A DNA stretch of 64,000 nt from Acidimicrobiia bacterium (lineage in GTDB: Bacteria; Actinomycetota; Acidimicrobiia; Spongiisociales; ZC4RG35): positions 65,398 through 129,397 of the forward strand of contig DATDPP010000040.1 in NCBI GenBank assembly GCA_035292685.1. The letters are read 5' to 3'. Each line of letters begins with the position of its first letter. Position 1 is the first letter of the stretch. Below are positions 1 to 8,891 of this stretch, piece by piece. A model generated the notes under the pieces. The model worked only from the letters and a program-made list of their open reading frames with translations, was not told the origin of the DNA and did not search any database. Position numbers and translations under genes: made by a program.

Positions 1-743
1 TGGGGTTTGCCATCAAGGCGCTGCGCGGGATCCCGGAGACCGGGCACTCCTCGATTCTCCCCGGCCGACCACGGCCGGGTTGGGCCGGGTACACCCGGAT
101 CGGCTTCTCCCGAACAATCAAGACCACAGGTCTCGTCATCCGCAACCGGCCGCTGCTGGTCTTCCTGGTGGCCTTCATCCTGTTCAACGATGGGGTTCAG
201 ACCACCATCGCCATGGCCTCCATTTACGCAACCGAGACCCTCGATCTCGAGATCACGACAGTCATAGTCGCCGTTCTCTTGGTCCAGTTCGTGGCCTTCT
301 TCGGGGCGATGGCATTTGGCCGCTACGCGGTGCGGGCCGGCACCCGGAGAGCCCTATTGACCAGCATCATGGTCTGGGCCTCGGTGTCGGTGGCCGCCTT
401 CTTCCTCCCGGTGGGCGCCGTCGCCCCGTTCCTCGCCCTGGCGGTGCTGATCGGATTCGTGTTGGGGGGGACCCAGGCCCTTTCCCGCAGCCTGTACGGG
501 TCGATGATCCCCGAGGAGCAGTCGGCCGAGTTCTATGGGTTCTTCTCCGTCTTCTCCAAATTCAGCGCAATCTGGGGGCCGTGGATCTTCGCCCTGGTCC
601 GCCAGGTCACGGGCTCGGCGCGTTGGGCGATCCTCTCGATAGCAATCTTCTTCGTGGTGGGCGGGCTCCTCTTCAGAACCGTAAACATCGAGCAGGGCCG
701 TGACAACCGTGATTCACTGCGGGTGACCGCCTCCCCCACGTAG
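1..743 (+). CDS. MFS transporter, UMF1/Atg22-like (5' end outside window)
   Basis: Frame 3 is open from the window edge to TGA 741-743; the track lists only the internal GTG at 168. Hydrophobic multi-TM sequence (FYGFFSVFSKFSAIWGPWIFALV) resembles the C-terminal half of the complete MFS gene at 9970-11247. Family call by eye. Confidence 0.7.
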   Translation, partial: GFAIKALRGIPETGHSSILPGRPRPGWAGYTRIGFSRTIKTTGLVIRNRPLLVFLVAFILFNDGVQTTIAMASIYATETLDLEITTVIVAVLLVQFVAFFGAMAFGRYAVRAGTRRALLTSIMVWASVSVAAFFLPVGAVAPFLALAVLIGFVLGGTQALSRSLYGSMIPEEQSAEFYGFFSVFSKFSAIWGPWIFALVRQVTGSARWAILSIAIFFVVGGLLFRTVNIEQGRDNRDSLRVTASPT

Positions 744-752
744 CCTGGGGCC

Positions 753-1085
753 ATGTCCGACGACTCGATGACCACGCCCGAGCCTGCGGAGGAGGCGCCG
801 GGAAGCGCCCCCGAAACCACGGCGGAGGGGTCTGGTGTTGCCTGGGGAGCGGGGATTCTTCTCCTGGCGCTGGCTCTGTTGATCGTCTTCGCCATCCAGA
901 ACACGGATCCGGTACCGGTCGAGTTCCTGTGGCTGGACGGTGAATACCCTCTCTCGTTGGTGATCCTGATCACCGTGGCGATCGTGGTGCTCGTTGTCGA
1001 GTTGTTCGAGGTGATCAAACGCCGACGGCGACGCAAGACGCTCGCGGAGCGGCAGGAATTGAAGCGGTTCCGCGAATCCTCCTGA
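753..1085 (+). CDS. LapA-domain (DUF1049)-like small membrane protein
   Basis: 110-aa ORF with an acidic N-terminus, two TM helices flanking NTDPVPVEFLWLDG, and a basic RRRRRK tail. This is the typical LapA_dom pattern. Confidence 0.55.
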   Translation: MSDDSMTTPEPAEEAPGSAPETTAEGSGVAWGAGILLLALALLIVFAIQNTDPVPVEFLWLDGEYPLSLVILITVAIVVLVVELFEVIKRRRRRKTLAERQELKRFRESS

Positions 1086-1182
1086 TCCCAGCCCGTTAGG
1101 GCGTGAGGTTTGCTTCACTGTTGACTTCGACGACAATGGCGACGGCAGCTCGTTGGCGCTGCTCTCGTGAGGAGCAAGAAAG

Positions 1183-1374
1183 ATGATCTTCGGATACTTG
1201 GACGCCGGCTCGGGGAGTCTGCTCCTGCAGGCATTGATTGCCGGAGCGGCCGGGATCGGTGTCGCCTACAGGGCCATGCGCATGAAGATGAGGCGTGCCG
1301 GGAGTGTCGAGCCCGAAGCGGTCGAGGGCGAAGGGGACACTGCCGAGGAAACCGCCCTGCCCGCCGAGTCCTGA
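1183..1374 (+). CDS. Small membrane protein with N-terminal DxGSGS helix
   Basis: 63-aa ORF with GAGGAG 8 nt upstream of the ATG. N-terminal MIFGYLDAGSGSLLLQALIAGAAGIGV helix, then basic and acidic tail. Stop lies 7 nt before the next start. Confidence 0.5.
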   Translation: MIFGYLDAGSGSLLLQALIAGAAGIGVAYRAMRMKMRRAGSVEPEAVEGEGDTAEETALPAES

Positions 1375-1381
1375 ACGCGCA

Positions 1382-2740
1382 GTGATATCGCCCGATCCTG
1401 GGTCGTTTCGCGACCCGGCCTCACGAGTTGTCCTCGATGGCGAGAAGGTCCTCCGCCTCCTCGACGCTCGAGGCCTTGAAGGCTGGCGCGCTCTGGCAGG
1501 GAGCGACTTCTTCGCATCAGAGGTCTCCCAGGGCCGGATCATCGCCGCCGTCGAGGTCGAGGCGCCGCCGGGCAGTGCCGGTGCTCTCGAACACCCGCGT
1601 CTTCCACTCGTCAGCTACCCGTACGAGTGGACGTTCTCCATGCTCAGGGACGCGGCCCTCCTCCAACTCGAACTGCTCGAGGGAGCGCTTCGTGCAGGTC
1701 TGACCATCAAGGACAGCACGCCCTACAACATCCAGTTCGTCGAAGGGCGGCCGGTCTTCATCGACATCGGGTCTTTCGAGCCCTATCGGCAGGGAGAGCC
1801 CTGGATCGGATACCGCCAATTCACACGTCAGTTCCTGTTCCCGCTCATGTTGCGGGCCTGGGTGGGAGTCCCGTTCCAGCCCTGGCTGCGTGGCGACATC
1901 GAAGGCCCGACTCCAGCCCAAATGGCAAGGCTTCTCGGTCGCAGGAAGAGACTCAACACGGGCGCCCTTTTTCATGTCAGGCTCCAGGCGCGCATGGAGG
2001 CCGGGATGTCGGGTCGTGCGGTCAGGGAGGATCTGCGAACGGCTGGGTTCACCCCTGAGCTCATCCTGGCCAATGTGAAAAAGCTCCGTTTACTGGTCAC
2101 CTCCCTCGAGTGGGAGCACACCGACGACGGTTGGTCGGACTATGGCTCCTGCAGTCACGTGTCCCGGGACAGAGACACGAAGGGCGAATTCCTGCAGGCG
2201 GCCATCGAACGAGTCGGCCCGCATCGCGTCCTCGACCTCGGCGCCAACGATGGGCATTTCTCAGCCATCGCCGCCGCTGCCGGGGCACAGGCCGTCGCGG
2301 TGGACGGCGACGAGGCGGTGCTCGACGACCTCTACCTGCGCAGCGTCGGGCAGAGCCTGTCAGTCGTGCTCACCGATCTGGGCAATCCATCGCCGGCCCA
2401 GGGATGGGCGGGGACGGAAAGACCAGGCATCATCGAGCGGGCCCGGCCAGATCTGGTGATCGCATACGGGCTCATCCACCACCTCATCTACTCGGCGAGC
2501 ATCCCGCCCCGGGAAGTCCTGCGCTGGTTGCGCGGCTTCGGCACCCCGGTGGTTGTGGAGTTCGTCGCACCGGCCGACGAAATGGTGGCCAAGCTGGTTG
2601 CGAACAAACTCCCCGAAGAGCTCCATGTCGGCCGTGAGGAGGGCGAATTCAGGGCCCTCATGGAAGAGATCTTCGACATAGCCCACGAGCAGAGTCTCGG
2701 TGAGGGCACCAGGATCCTCTTCGATCTCGAACCGCGATGA
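1382..2740 (+). CDS. Class I SAM-dependent methyltransferase with N-terminal PYEW domain
   Basis: Start set to in-frame GTG 1382, because track start 1295 would overlap the preceding small ORF. N-terminal FRDP...SYPYEW...KDSTPYNIQF...FIDIGSFE region, then SAM motif I VLDLGANDGHFS. Stop overlaps the next ATG (ATGA 2737-2740). Confidence 0.75.
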   Translation: MISPDPGSFRDPASRVVLDGEKVLRLLDARGLEGWRALAGSDFFASEVSQGRIIAAVEVEAPPGSAGALEHPRLPLVSYPYEWTFSMLRDAALLQLELLEGALRAGLTIKDSTPYNIQFVEGRPVFIDIGSFEPYRQGEPWIGYRQFTRQFLFPLMLRAWVGVPFQPWLRGDIEGPTPAQMARLLGRRKRLNTGALFHVRLQARMEAGMSGRAVREDLRTAGFTPELILANVKKLRLLVTSLEWEHTDDGWSDYGSCSHVSRDRDTKGEFLQAAIERVGPHRVLDLGANDGHFSAIAAAAGAQAVAVDGDEAVLDDLYLRSVGQSLSVVLTDLGNPSPAQGWAGTERPGIIERARPDLVIAYGLIHHLIYSASIPPREVLRWLRGFGTPVVVEFVAPADEMVAKLVANKLPEELHVGREEGEFRALMEEIFDIAHEQSLGEGTRILFDLEPR

Positions 2741-4827
2741 GCTTGGAGCGGCTCGGTTCGGTGCGCTGGTGGATCGTTCCCCTGTCGCTGGCCACTGTAG
2801 CCGCCTTCGCATTCGGCCAACCTTTCCTCGACCTTCTCGGCCACAATCCTGACTTCTTCATCGCACGCGGGCTCACCTCGGTTGATGTGATCCTCTTTCC
2901 GATCGCGGTCCTCGTCTTGCCGGTTGTGCTCGCAGTCCCGGTGCTCGCCTTGCGACGGGTCGGGCCTCGCAGCGCCGGGCTCGCCCACGCCATCTGCATC
3001 GGCGGCCTGTTCGCCATGATGGTGGCCTCGGCTTGGATCGCCCTGCTGGGCTCCAACGTCGATTCGGTTGTGTTCGTGATTGCGACCATCGGGGCCGGGA
3101 CGTTGTTTGCGGTCGCTTTCACCCGGTATCCACTGGTGCGGAAGGCGGTCGGCTACGCGTCCTGGTCGCTGCTCGCCTTCACCGCCTGGTTCCTGCTGAT
3201 GACGCCCTCCAGCGATGTCGCCTTCGCCAGCCCTGGCGACCTCCCCGAGTTCGGTGAGGTTGCCAACCCGGTCCCGATAGTGATGCTGGTCTTCGACGAG
3301 TTCCCGGTGGCGACCATGATCGATTCCAGGGGAAACCTCCTGGACCATCTGTTCCCCAGTTTCGCCGAGCTCGCTGCCGACGGTGTTTGGTATCGGAATG
3401 GAGTCGGCGTGCGCCAACAGACCGAAGAGGCCCTGCCCACGATCCTCTCCGGGTTTGGGGCGAAAATGGGGAGTATTCCCATTTCGGCGGACCACCCCCT
3501 GAACCTGTTCACCCTGTTCGCCGACGCTTACGACATCGCGGCAATCGAGACGGTCACCAGTCTCTGCCCCGACTTCGCCTGTGAGAACTCGAGCCGTCAC
3601 ATCGACTCGCTGTCGCAACGGTGGAGTGCGATGGCCGTCGACCTCTCGGTGGTGTACGGCCATTTGACGATGCCCCGGGCCATCTCCGATCGGCTGCCGG
3701 CCATCGACCAGACGTGGGGAAACTTCACCACCGGTGATCGCTCGGAATTCGACATCATCGACCGTTTCCTGGCCAGCGTGGATGAGGACCGGCGAGAAGA
3801 GGTCACCCGCTTTCTCGACACCCTCGAGTTCGACGCGACCGAGCCACCGCTGCGATTCGGGCATTTCCTGTACCCCCATCATCCGTGGGACCTGACCGCG
3901 GACGGGCAACGCACCGGCGTCACTTGGTCCCCCGGGAGCGAGGGCCTAGGGTGGAAGACGGACAGATGGCTGGTGGGACAGGGCTACCAGCGGCACATCA
4001 TCCAGGCCCAGTATGCCGACACGATCCTGGGTCAGGTGATCGATCGCATGCAAGAGGAGGGCATCTACGACGAGGCGCTCCTGGTCGTGGTCGCCGACCA
4101 TGGCATAGCCATCCGCCCTGGGGTCGAGCACCAACGTGTGGTGACACCCGACACGGTTGGCTCGATCGCGGCGGTGCCTATGTTCGTCAAGTACCCGCGC
4201 CAGTTCCCCGATGTCGCGCCCGGGACCATCGATGACATCAGGGCAGAAACGGTTGATCTCCTGCCAACCGTGGCCCAGGTTGTCGGCGTCACCGTGCCCT
4301 GGGATATGGATGGGATCTCGCTTCTCGATCCCGATCGGGCAGCTCGCACCGAGTCGGTCATGGTCGGTAAGCAAGGATCGGTCCGATTCGGTGTCGGAGG
4401 GACTGAGAAACTGGATGCCGCGGCGGAGAAGGAGGTGTGGTTCCCGGACGGTGACCCATGGTCCCTCACCCCGCCTGGCTGGCAAGAGTGGCTGGGCCGG
4501 TCGCTGACAACCGTGGACCCGCTCGATGTGCCCGGGATCTCGATAATTGTCAAGCAGCAGAGTGCTCTCGACGCGTTGGCGTCGGACCCGGACGTCCTCC
4601 CCGCGTTCCTCTCGGGTGGGGTGACCCTCGAAGAGAACGCAACCGGAGAGGAGATACTGGTGGTTGCGGTTGACGGCGTGGCCCGGGCGATCACCAGGAC
4701 CTTCGACCCTCGAGCCAAATCGGCCTCATTCCACGTGCTGATCCCCCCTGAGCTGCTCCATCCCGGTCACAACGACGTGGTGGTCTGGCTGGCTACTGGA
4801 GGTCCCGAGGGGTCATTGCTGCGTTGA
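2737..4827 (+). CDS. Membrane-anchored alkaline-phosphatase/sulfatase-superfamily transferase (LtaS/EptA-like architecture)
   Basis: 696 aa. N-terminal TM block, then VMLVFDEFP (metal Asp), QTEEALPTILSG (Thr nucleophile region) and LVVVADHGIA (DH ligands), followed by a long C-terminal extension. Confidence 0.8.
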   Translation: MSLERLGSVRWWIVPLSLATVAAFAFGQPFLDLLGHNPDFFIARGLTSVDVILFPIAVLVLPVVLAVPVLALRRVGPRSAGLAHAICIGGLFAMMVASAWIALLGSNVDSVVFVIATIGAGTLFAVAFTRYPLVRKAVGYASWSLLAFTAWFLLMTPSSDVAFASPGDLPEFGEVANPVPIVMLVFDEFPVATMIDSRGNLLDHLFPSFAELAADGVWYRNGVGVRQQTEEALPTILSGFGAKMGSIPISADHPLNLFTLFADAYDIAAIETVTSLCPDFACENSSRHIDSLSQRWSAMAVDLSVVYGHLTMPRAISDRLPAIDQTWGNFTTGDRSEFDIIDRFLASVDEDRREEVTRFLDTLEFDATEPPLRFGHFLYPHHPWDLTADGQRTGVTWSPGSEGLGWKTDRWLVGQGYQRHIIQAQYADTILGQVIDRMQEEGIYDEALLVVVADHGIAIRPGVEHQRVVTPDTVGSIAAVPMFVKYPRQFPDVAPGTIDDIRAETVDLLPTVAQVVGVTVPWDMDGISLLDPDRAARTESVMVGKQGSVRFGVGGTEKLDAAAEKEVWFPDGDPWSLTPPGWQEWLGRSLTTVDPLDVPGISIIVKQQSALDALASDPDVLPAFLSGGVTLEENATGEEILVVAVDGVARAITRTFDPRAKSASFHVLIPPELLHPGHNDVVVWLATGGPEGSLLR

Positions 4828-4848
4828 CCGACCTGTCGAGAGGTGCCC

Positions 4849-7347
4849 TCAACGGGGAAGAGTCGCCGGGCTCTCGATGGCATAGTCACCGAACTCGGCG
4901 ATGACGGTCAGGCGCTCGACGTCGTCCGGGATCTTCTCGGCCGGGATGTCGAACGTATACCCGGAGTGGAGGAGGAGGTCGCTCTTGAACCAGCGCACCA
5001 CGTTCTCGTTGTCGAGGTTGGGCGGGCCGGACACCACCAATTGGTCCCCGGCGAACACGTAGATCCGATCGGCAGTGAGCTTTGCCTTGACGTCGGCCGC
5101 CCATCCTTTCACCAGCCAACCGGCATCGGTCTCACGTACCGCACTTATCTCGAGACGACGATCCCCTTCGGAGCGGATGTCGAGCTGATGGCCGTCTTCG
5201 GCTATGTAGTCCACGGTGATGTCGGCGGCGGCACCGGTGAGCCATCCCTTCCCTTGCGGATCCGGGATGAGGATTGACACCTCGTTGACGCCGTCTATCA
5301 ATAGCTCTTCGGCCAACAGACCTCGTATCTCTCCGCTGGTGTCGCTGTCCCTCATCACGAACCCGGTGCCGGCCACGGTTCCGTTGACGACCAGGAGCAG
5401 GTCGTCCCCCTTGACACCAGGGGGAAGCTCCAGACGACCCGATATGAACGTCGGCACCATCCCGGATGCACGGCTCACCGAGGACAGCTGATCAGCCTGG
5501 GTGAGCGACCAGTGCAAGTCGTTGCTCGGCCGCGGCGACAAATCGGACGCCGGGCTCCCGACCAATTCGGCGTAGGGCCCGGACCCGGCGATACTCATCC
5601 AACTTGTCTGGTCAGGCACCCATTGGTGGTTGCGCCGCACCTGTGCGAACAGCTCACCGATCTCGGTGCTTGCCGGATCCCGATTACAGCAGTAGTAGAT
5701 CGGCTCATGTGGCCGGTCGGTCCCTTCGATGGACAAAAGGGAACGACCGTCGAATTCCCAGTCGGTCGAGATGTCGAGTGCATCGACGATGGTGGGGACG
5801 ACGTCGATGGCGAAAACCGGCTCGTCGAACGTGGCGCCCTCGACCTGACCCGGAAGTTTGATGAACAACGGGATTCGGTAGAGATCGCTGAGATTGTCCT
5901 CCTCCGGCCAGCGCCGGTGCTCCCCTGGCACGAACGAGGCCCCGTGATCGGCAAGGACCACGATCAGGGAGTCGTCCCAGTTGCCCGTCTCGTCGAGGCG
6001 TTCGAAAAGTGCCCCCAGTCTCTGGTCGACAAACCCGAGTTGGTAGAGGTGTCGCTGGAAGGCAAGACGGGGCAGATCCGGCCGGATCACCCAGTGACCG
6101 CCGCCTTCAACCCCGTCGACCTCGTCGTATTGCTCCGGTCGCTCATAGTGGCTTCCCGACGGGTTGATCCTCCATGGGATGTGGGGAGCCTGAAGATGGG
6201 CGAAGTGCAGGGTGGGCGGGGCATCCTCTTCGACACCGTCGATGATCCGCTCGATCCAGTCCACCCACTTGCTCCTCACCCCGGAGGCGGGAACGGGCAG
6301 GTCCCCGATGTCGACCGGTGCAGCCTCACGAGCCTCGGCCTGGCCAAGGAATCCCTTCCAACTGCCATCGATGCTGGGGAGGTTCTCGCGGGCAGATTCG
6401 GGAAGGGAGAGATGGGCATAGACCACACCCACGTCCTCCAGGAGTGATGCAAAGCGCGCCGGGCCCCGGCCGGCGTAGTCCTTGCACAAATCTTCGGGGC
6501 ACATGTCGGTCAGCCACTCGACAACGTGCATCTCGTATCCCGCGCCGAGGAGGGTGAACAGGTTGTTGGGGTGATCGACCAGGGCAGGACTGTCGTCCTT
6601 CACTCCGAGACGGCCGCTGAGGATGGCCGGCACGCTGGCGGTGGTCGAGATCGAGTTGGACAGGGCGTTGCGATACCAGTTCCCGGAGGCGGCCAACCGT
6701 GCAAAATTGGGGAAAAGGGCGGCGTTGATGGCCCCGCTCTCATCCATCAACGATGCAGGCGGAAGCTCATCGAGTTGGATGAAGACGATCGACGCCGGTC
6801 GCCCTACCTGGTCCGGGGCAACACGGGGGGTTGCCGGCTCGGCCAATAGCTGGGAGGTGGGCGAGATGACCAGGAACATCACCAGGACCGCGGGCCCAAG
6901 GAGCGAGAAGAAGAGCAGCCCGGGCTCGATCCGCCGGCGGAGAAGGAGGACGACCCCGGCCACACCGATCGCCAGGGCCACCGCACCAACCGTGTTGTTT
7001 GGTATCACCTGGCGGCTTATGACCAAACCGGTCGCCGCAGCCGAGATCCCGACCAGCACGTAATAGGCGATGTCGGCACTCTGTCGGCTGATCGTCTCAG
7101 TGATCGTGAGGATGATTACCGCGAGGAGAGGCAGTGTGAATGTCACCAGCAGCCCGAACATGACGATTTGCCCCGGGGTGCTTCGATTGGCCACGAAGAC
7201 ACCCGGGTTCCTTCCGTAGAGGTCCAGAACCGGGGCGGCCACGCCTGCGGTCAGCAGGCCGAGGATGACCAATGAGCGCCGCCAGACGCGACGACGTCCG
7301 ATATTGGGCAAAGTCACGCCACTAAAAATACCTGGCCTTCGAATCAA
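4849..7347 (-). CDS. Membrane-anchored alkaline-phosphatase/sulfatase-superfamily transferase, paralog of 2737-4827
   Basis: 832 aa. N-terminal TM block, IVFIQLDELPP, ISTTASVPAILSG (resembles the TxxSxP nucleophile motif of phosphoethanolamine transferases), LIVVLADHGASF, and a long C-terminal extension. Start (TTG 7347) is uncertain. Confidence 0.8.
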   Translation of the reverse strand: MIRRPGIFSGVTLPNIGRRRVWRRSLVILGLLTAGVAAPVLDLYGRNPGVFVANRSTPGQIVMFGLLVTFTLPLLAVIILTITETISRQSADIAYYVLVGISAAATGLVISRQVIPNNTVGAVALAIGVAGVVLLLRRRIEPGLLFFSLLGPAVLVMFLVISPTSQLLAEPATPRVAPDQVGRPASIVFIQLDELPPASLMDESGAINAALFPNFARLAASGNWYRNALSNSISTTASVPAILSGRLGVKDDSPALVDHPNNLFTLLGAGYEMHVVEWLTDMCPEDLCKDYAGRGPARFASLLEDVGVVYAHLSLPESARENLPSIDGSWKGFLGQAEAREAAPVDIGDLPVPASGVRSKWVDWIERIIDGVEEDAPPTLHFAHLQAPHIPWRINPSGSHYERPEQYDEVDGVEGGGHWVIRPDLPRLAFQRHLYQLGFVDQRLGALFERLDETGNWDDSLIVVLADHGASFVPGEHRRWPEEDNLSDLYRIPLFIKLPGQVEGATFDEPVFAIDVVPTIVDALDISTDWEFDGRSLLSIEGTDRPHEPIYYCCNRDPASTEIGELFAQVRRNHQWVPDQTSWMSIAGSGPYAELVGSPASDLSPRPSNDLHWSLTQADQLSSVSRASGMVPTFISGRLELPPGVKGDDLLLVVNGTVAGTGFVMRDSDTSGEIRGLLAEELLIDGVNEVSILIPDPQGKGWLTGAAADITVDYIAEDGHQLDIRSEGDRRLEISAVRETDAGWLVKGWAADVKAKLTADRIYVFAGDQLVVSGPPNLDNENVVRWFKSDLLLHSGYTFDIPAEKIPDDVERLTVIAEFGDYAIESPATLPR

Positions 7348-7390
7348 GGCGCACTGCTTTGGAATCGCGAGCCGCCCCGTCGAACCGGGC

Positions 7391-7432
7391 TTGCCGTCCT
7401 ACGATGGAGGCCCAGCTCGGAAAGGACGGCAA
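7391..7432 (+). promoter_or_regulatory. RBS-sequestering hairpin upstream of the small acidic ORF
   Basis: Perfect 10-bp inverted repeat TTGCCGTCCT (7391-7400) / AGGACGGCAA (7423-7432) with a 22-nt loop. The 3' arm contains the AGGA Shine-Dalgarno and the first base of ATG 7432. Confidence 0.4.
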
Positions 7433-7632
7433 TGGGATTCATGGACACCGTCAAGGGGTGGTTTGGCAAGGGGAGCGACGAGGGCTACGACCTCGCCAAC
7501 AAGACCCAGGATTTTGCCACTGACGCCCCTGCGCTCCAGGAAACGGCCCAAGCTCGGTACGAACCGGTCGATGAGGAGGATTCCGACAGCACCGGCCAGA
7601 GCGACGGGGCGGTGGACACCGCAGCGGGTTGA
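7432..7632 (+). CDS. Small acidic protein (N-terminus resembles CsbD / Rv0909-type small proteins)
   Basis: 66-aa ORF with AAAGGA upstream. N-terminus MGFMDTVKGWFGKGSDEG...DLANKTQDF, C-terminal half very acidic. Similarity is recalled by eye only. Confidence 0.4.
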   Translation: MGFMDTVKGWFGKGSDEGYDLANKTQDFATDAPALQETAQARYEPVDEEDSDSTGQSDGAVDTAAG

Positions 7633-7679
7633 GACGCGACCGCGACACCCCGCGAGATGCTTAGTCTGCGATCACCGGT

Positions 7680-8855
7680 ATGAAGAGAGTCTCCGCTCGC
7701 CTCGGGCACCTGCCCCCCTCCGCCACCCTGGGTATCGCCGCCCGGGCAAGAGAGCTGCGCGCCGGCGGGGTAGAAGTGATCTCTTTCGGAGCCGGGGAGC
7801 CCGATTTTCCCACACCCGAGCATGTGGTAGCCGAGGCGGCACGGGCGTGCTTCGACCCGCAGAACCACAAGTACACCGCAGCCGCAGGGCTCCCTCAGTT
7901 GCGCAAGGCCATCGCCGAGGACGTCGCCCGCTACTCCAAAGTCGATGTCGACTGGTCGGAGGTCATGGTCACCAACGGGGCCAAGCAGGCGATTTTCCAG
8001 ACGTTTGCCGCCCTCCTCGACCCTGGTGACGAGGTCCTGTTGCCGTCGCCATACTGGGTGACCTATCCCGCCGGCATCGAGCTCGCCGGGGGAACCACGA
8101 TCCCGGTTGCGACCCGTCTCGAAGAAGGGTTCAAGGTGACGGTGGGCAGCCTGGAAGAGGCGCGGACCGAGCGCACCAAGCTCCTGGTGTTTGTCTCCCC
8201 CTCGAATCCGACCGGTGCGGTCTATACGGCGGAAGAGGCCCGCGCCATCGGGGATTGGGCGGCGGCCAATGACATCTGGGTGATGGCCGATGAGATCTAC
8301 CAGCGTCTCACCTACGTCACGGATGTGGCGGCCTCGATCGCAGCGGTCACCCCTCGGTTCGAGAACTGGGTTCTGATCAACGGCGTCGCCAAGAGCTACT
8401 CGATGACCGGCTGGCGAGTGGGCTGGATGGTGGGGCCGGCGGACGTGATCGACGCCGCCAACAGTCATCAGTCCCACGCAACCGGAAACGTGGCAAACGT
8501 GGCCCAGCATGCGGCTTTGGCCGCACTCACCGGCCCCCAGGAGGTCGTCGAGGAGATGCGGCTGGCCTTCGATGCCAGACGCAAGCTGATGTACTCACTG
8601 GTCAGCTCGCTCCCCGGCGTCGCTTGCATTGAGCCTGAAGGGGCCTTCTACGTCTTCCCCGACTTCTCGGTGCACATAGGCGACCGCTGGGGAAGCAGCG
8701 ATGATCTGGCCACGGCGATCCTCGAGGAAGCCGGTGTGGCGTTGGTGTCCGGCGAATCGTTCGGCGCACCAGGATTCCTGAGGCTTTCGTATGCGGTTGG
8801 CGAGGAGGACATCGAACGCGGCGTCGGCCGAATCGCCACATTGCTTGCTCGTTGA
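7680..8855 (+). CDS. Pyridoxal-phosphate aminotransferase class I (aspartate aminotransferase type)
   Basis: 391 aa. Carries SPSNPTGAVY and the PLP-lysine region NGVAKSYSMTGWRVGW, typical of AspC/AspB-type transaminases. Confidence 0.9.
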   Translation: MKRVSARLGHLPPSATLGIAARARELRAGGVEVISFGAGEPDFPTPEHVVAEAARACFDPQNHKYTAAAGLPQLRKAIAEDVARYSKVDVDWSEVMVTNGAKQAIFQTFAALLDPGDEVLLPSPYWVTYPAGIELAGGTTIPVATRLEEGFKVTVGSLEEARTERTKLLVFVSPSNPTGAVYTAEEARAIGDWAAANDIWVMADEIYQRLTYVTDVAASIAAVTPRFENWVLINGVAKSYSMTGWRVGWMVGPADVIDAANSHQSHATGNVANVAQHAALAALTGPQEVVEEMRLAFDARRKLMYSLVSSLPGVACIEPEGAFYVFPDFSVHIGDRWGSSDDLATAILEEAGVALVSGESFGAPGFLRLSYAVGEEDIERGVGRIATLLAR

Positions 8856-8891
8856 CGGAGGGGGCCGGGACCGGGTTTACACTCGCCAACG

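Noticed and set aside
1136-1186. 16-codon upstream ORF (MATAARWRCSREEQER) whose stop overlaps the ATG of the small membrane protein gene at 1183.
   Set aside because: It has no Shine-Dalgarno and no distinctive composition. Its sequence mostly coincides with the SD region of the downstream gene, so it is likely fortuitous.
2488-3909. Long antisense ORFs (for example 2488-3909 -, 7485-8510 -, 15944-17638 +, 17777-19261 +, 29737-31128 -, 36601-37818 +, 39374-40255 +, 49144-50595 +, 53692-54651 +, 59450-60802 +), some over 400 aa.
   Set aside because: Each lies opposite a gene with clear family motifs. Their translations are R/P/G/H-rich low-complexity sequence with no recognisable domains. Such stop-free shadow frames are expected in very GC-rich DNA.
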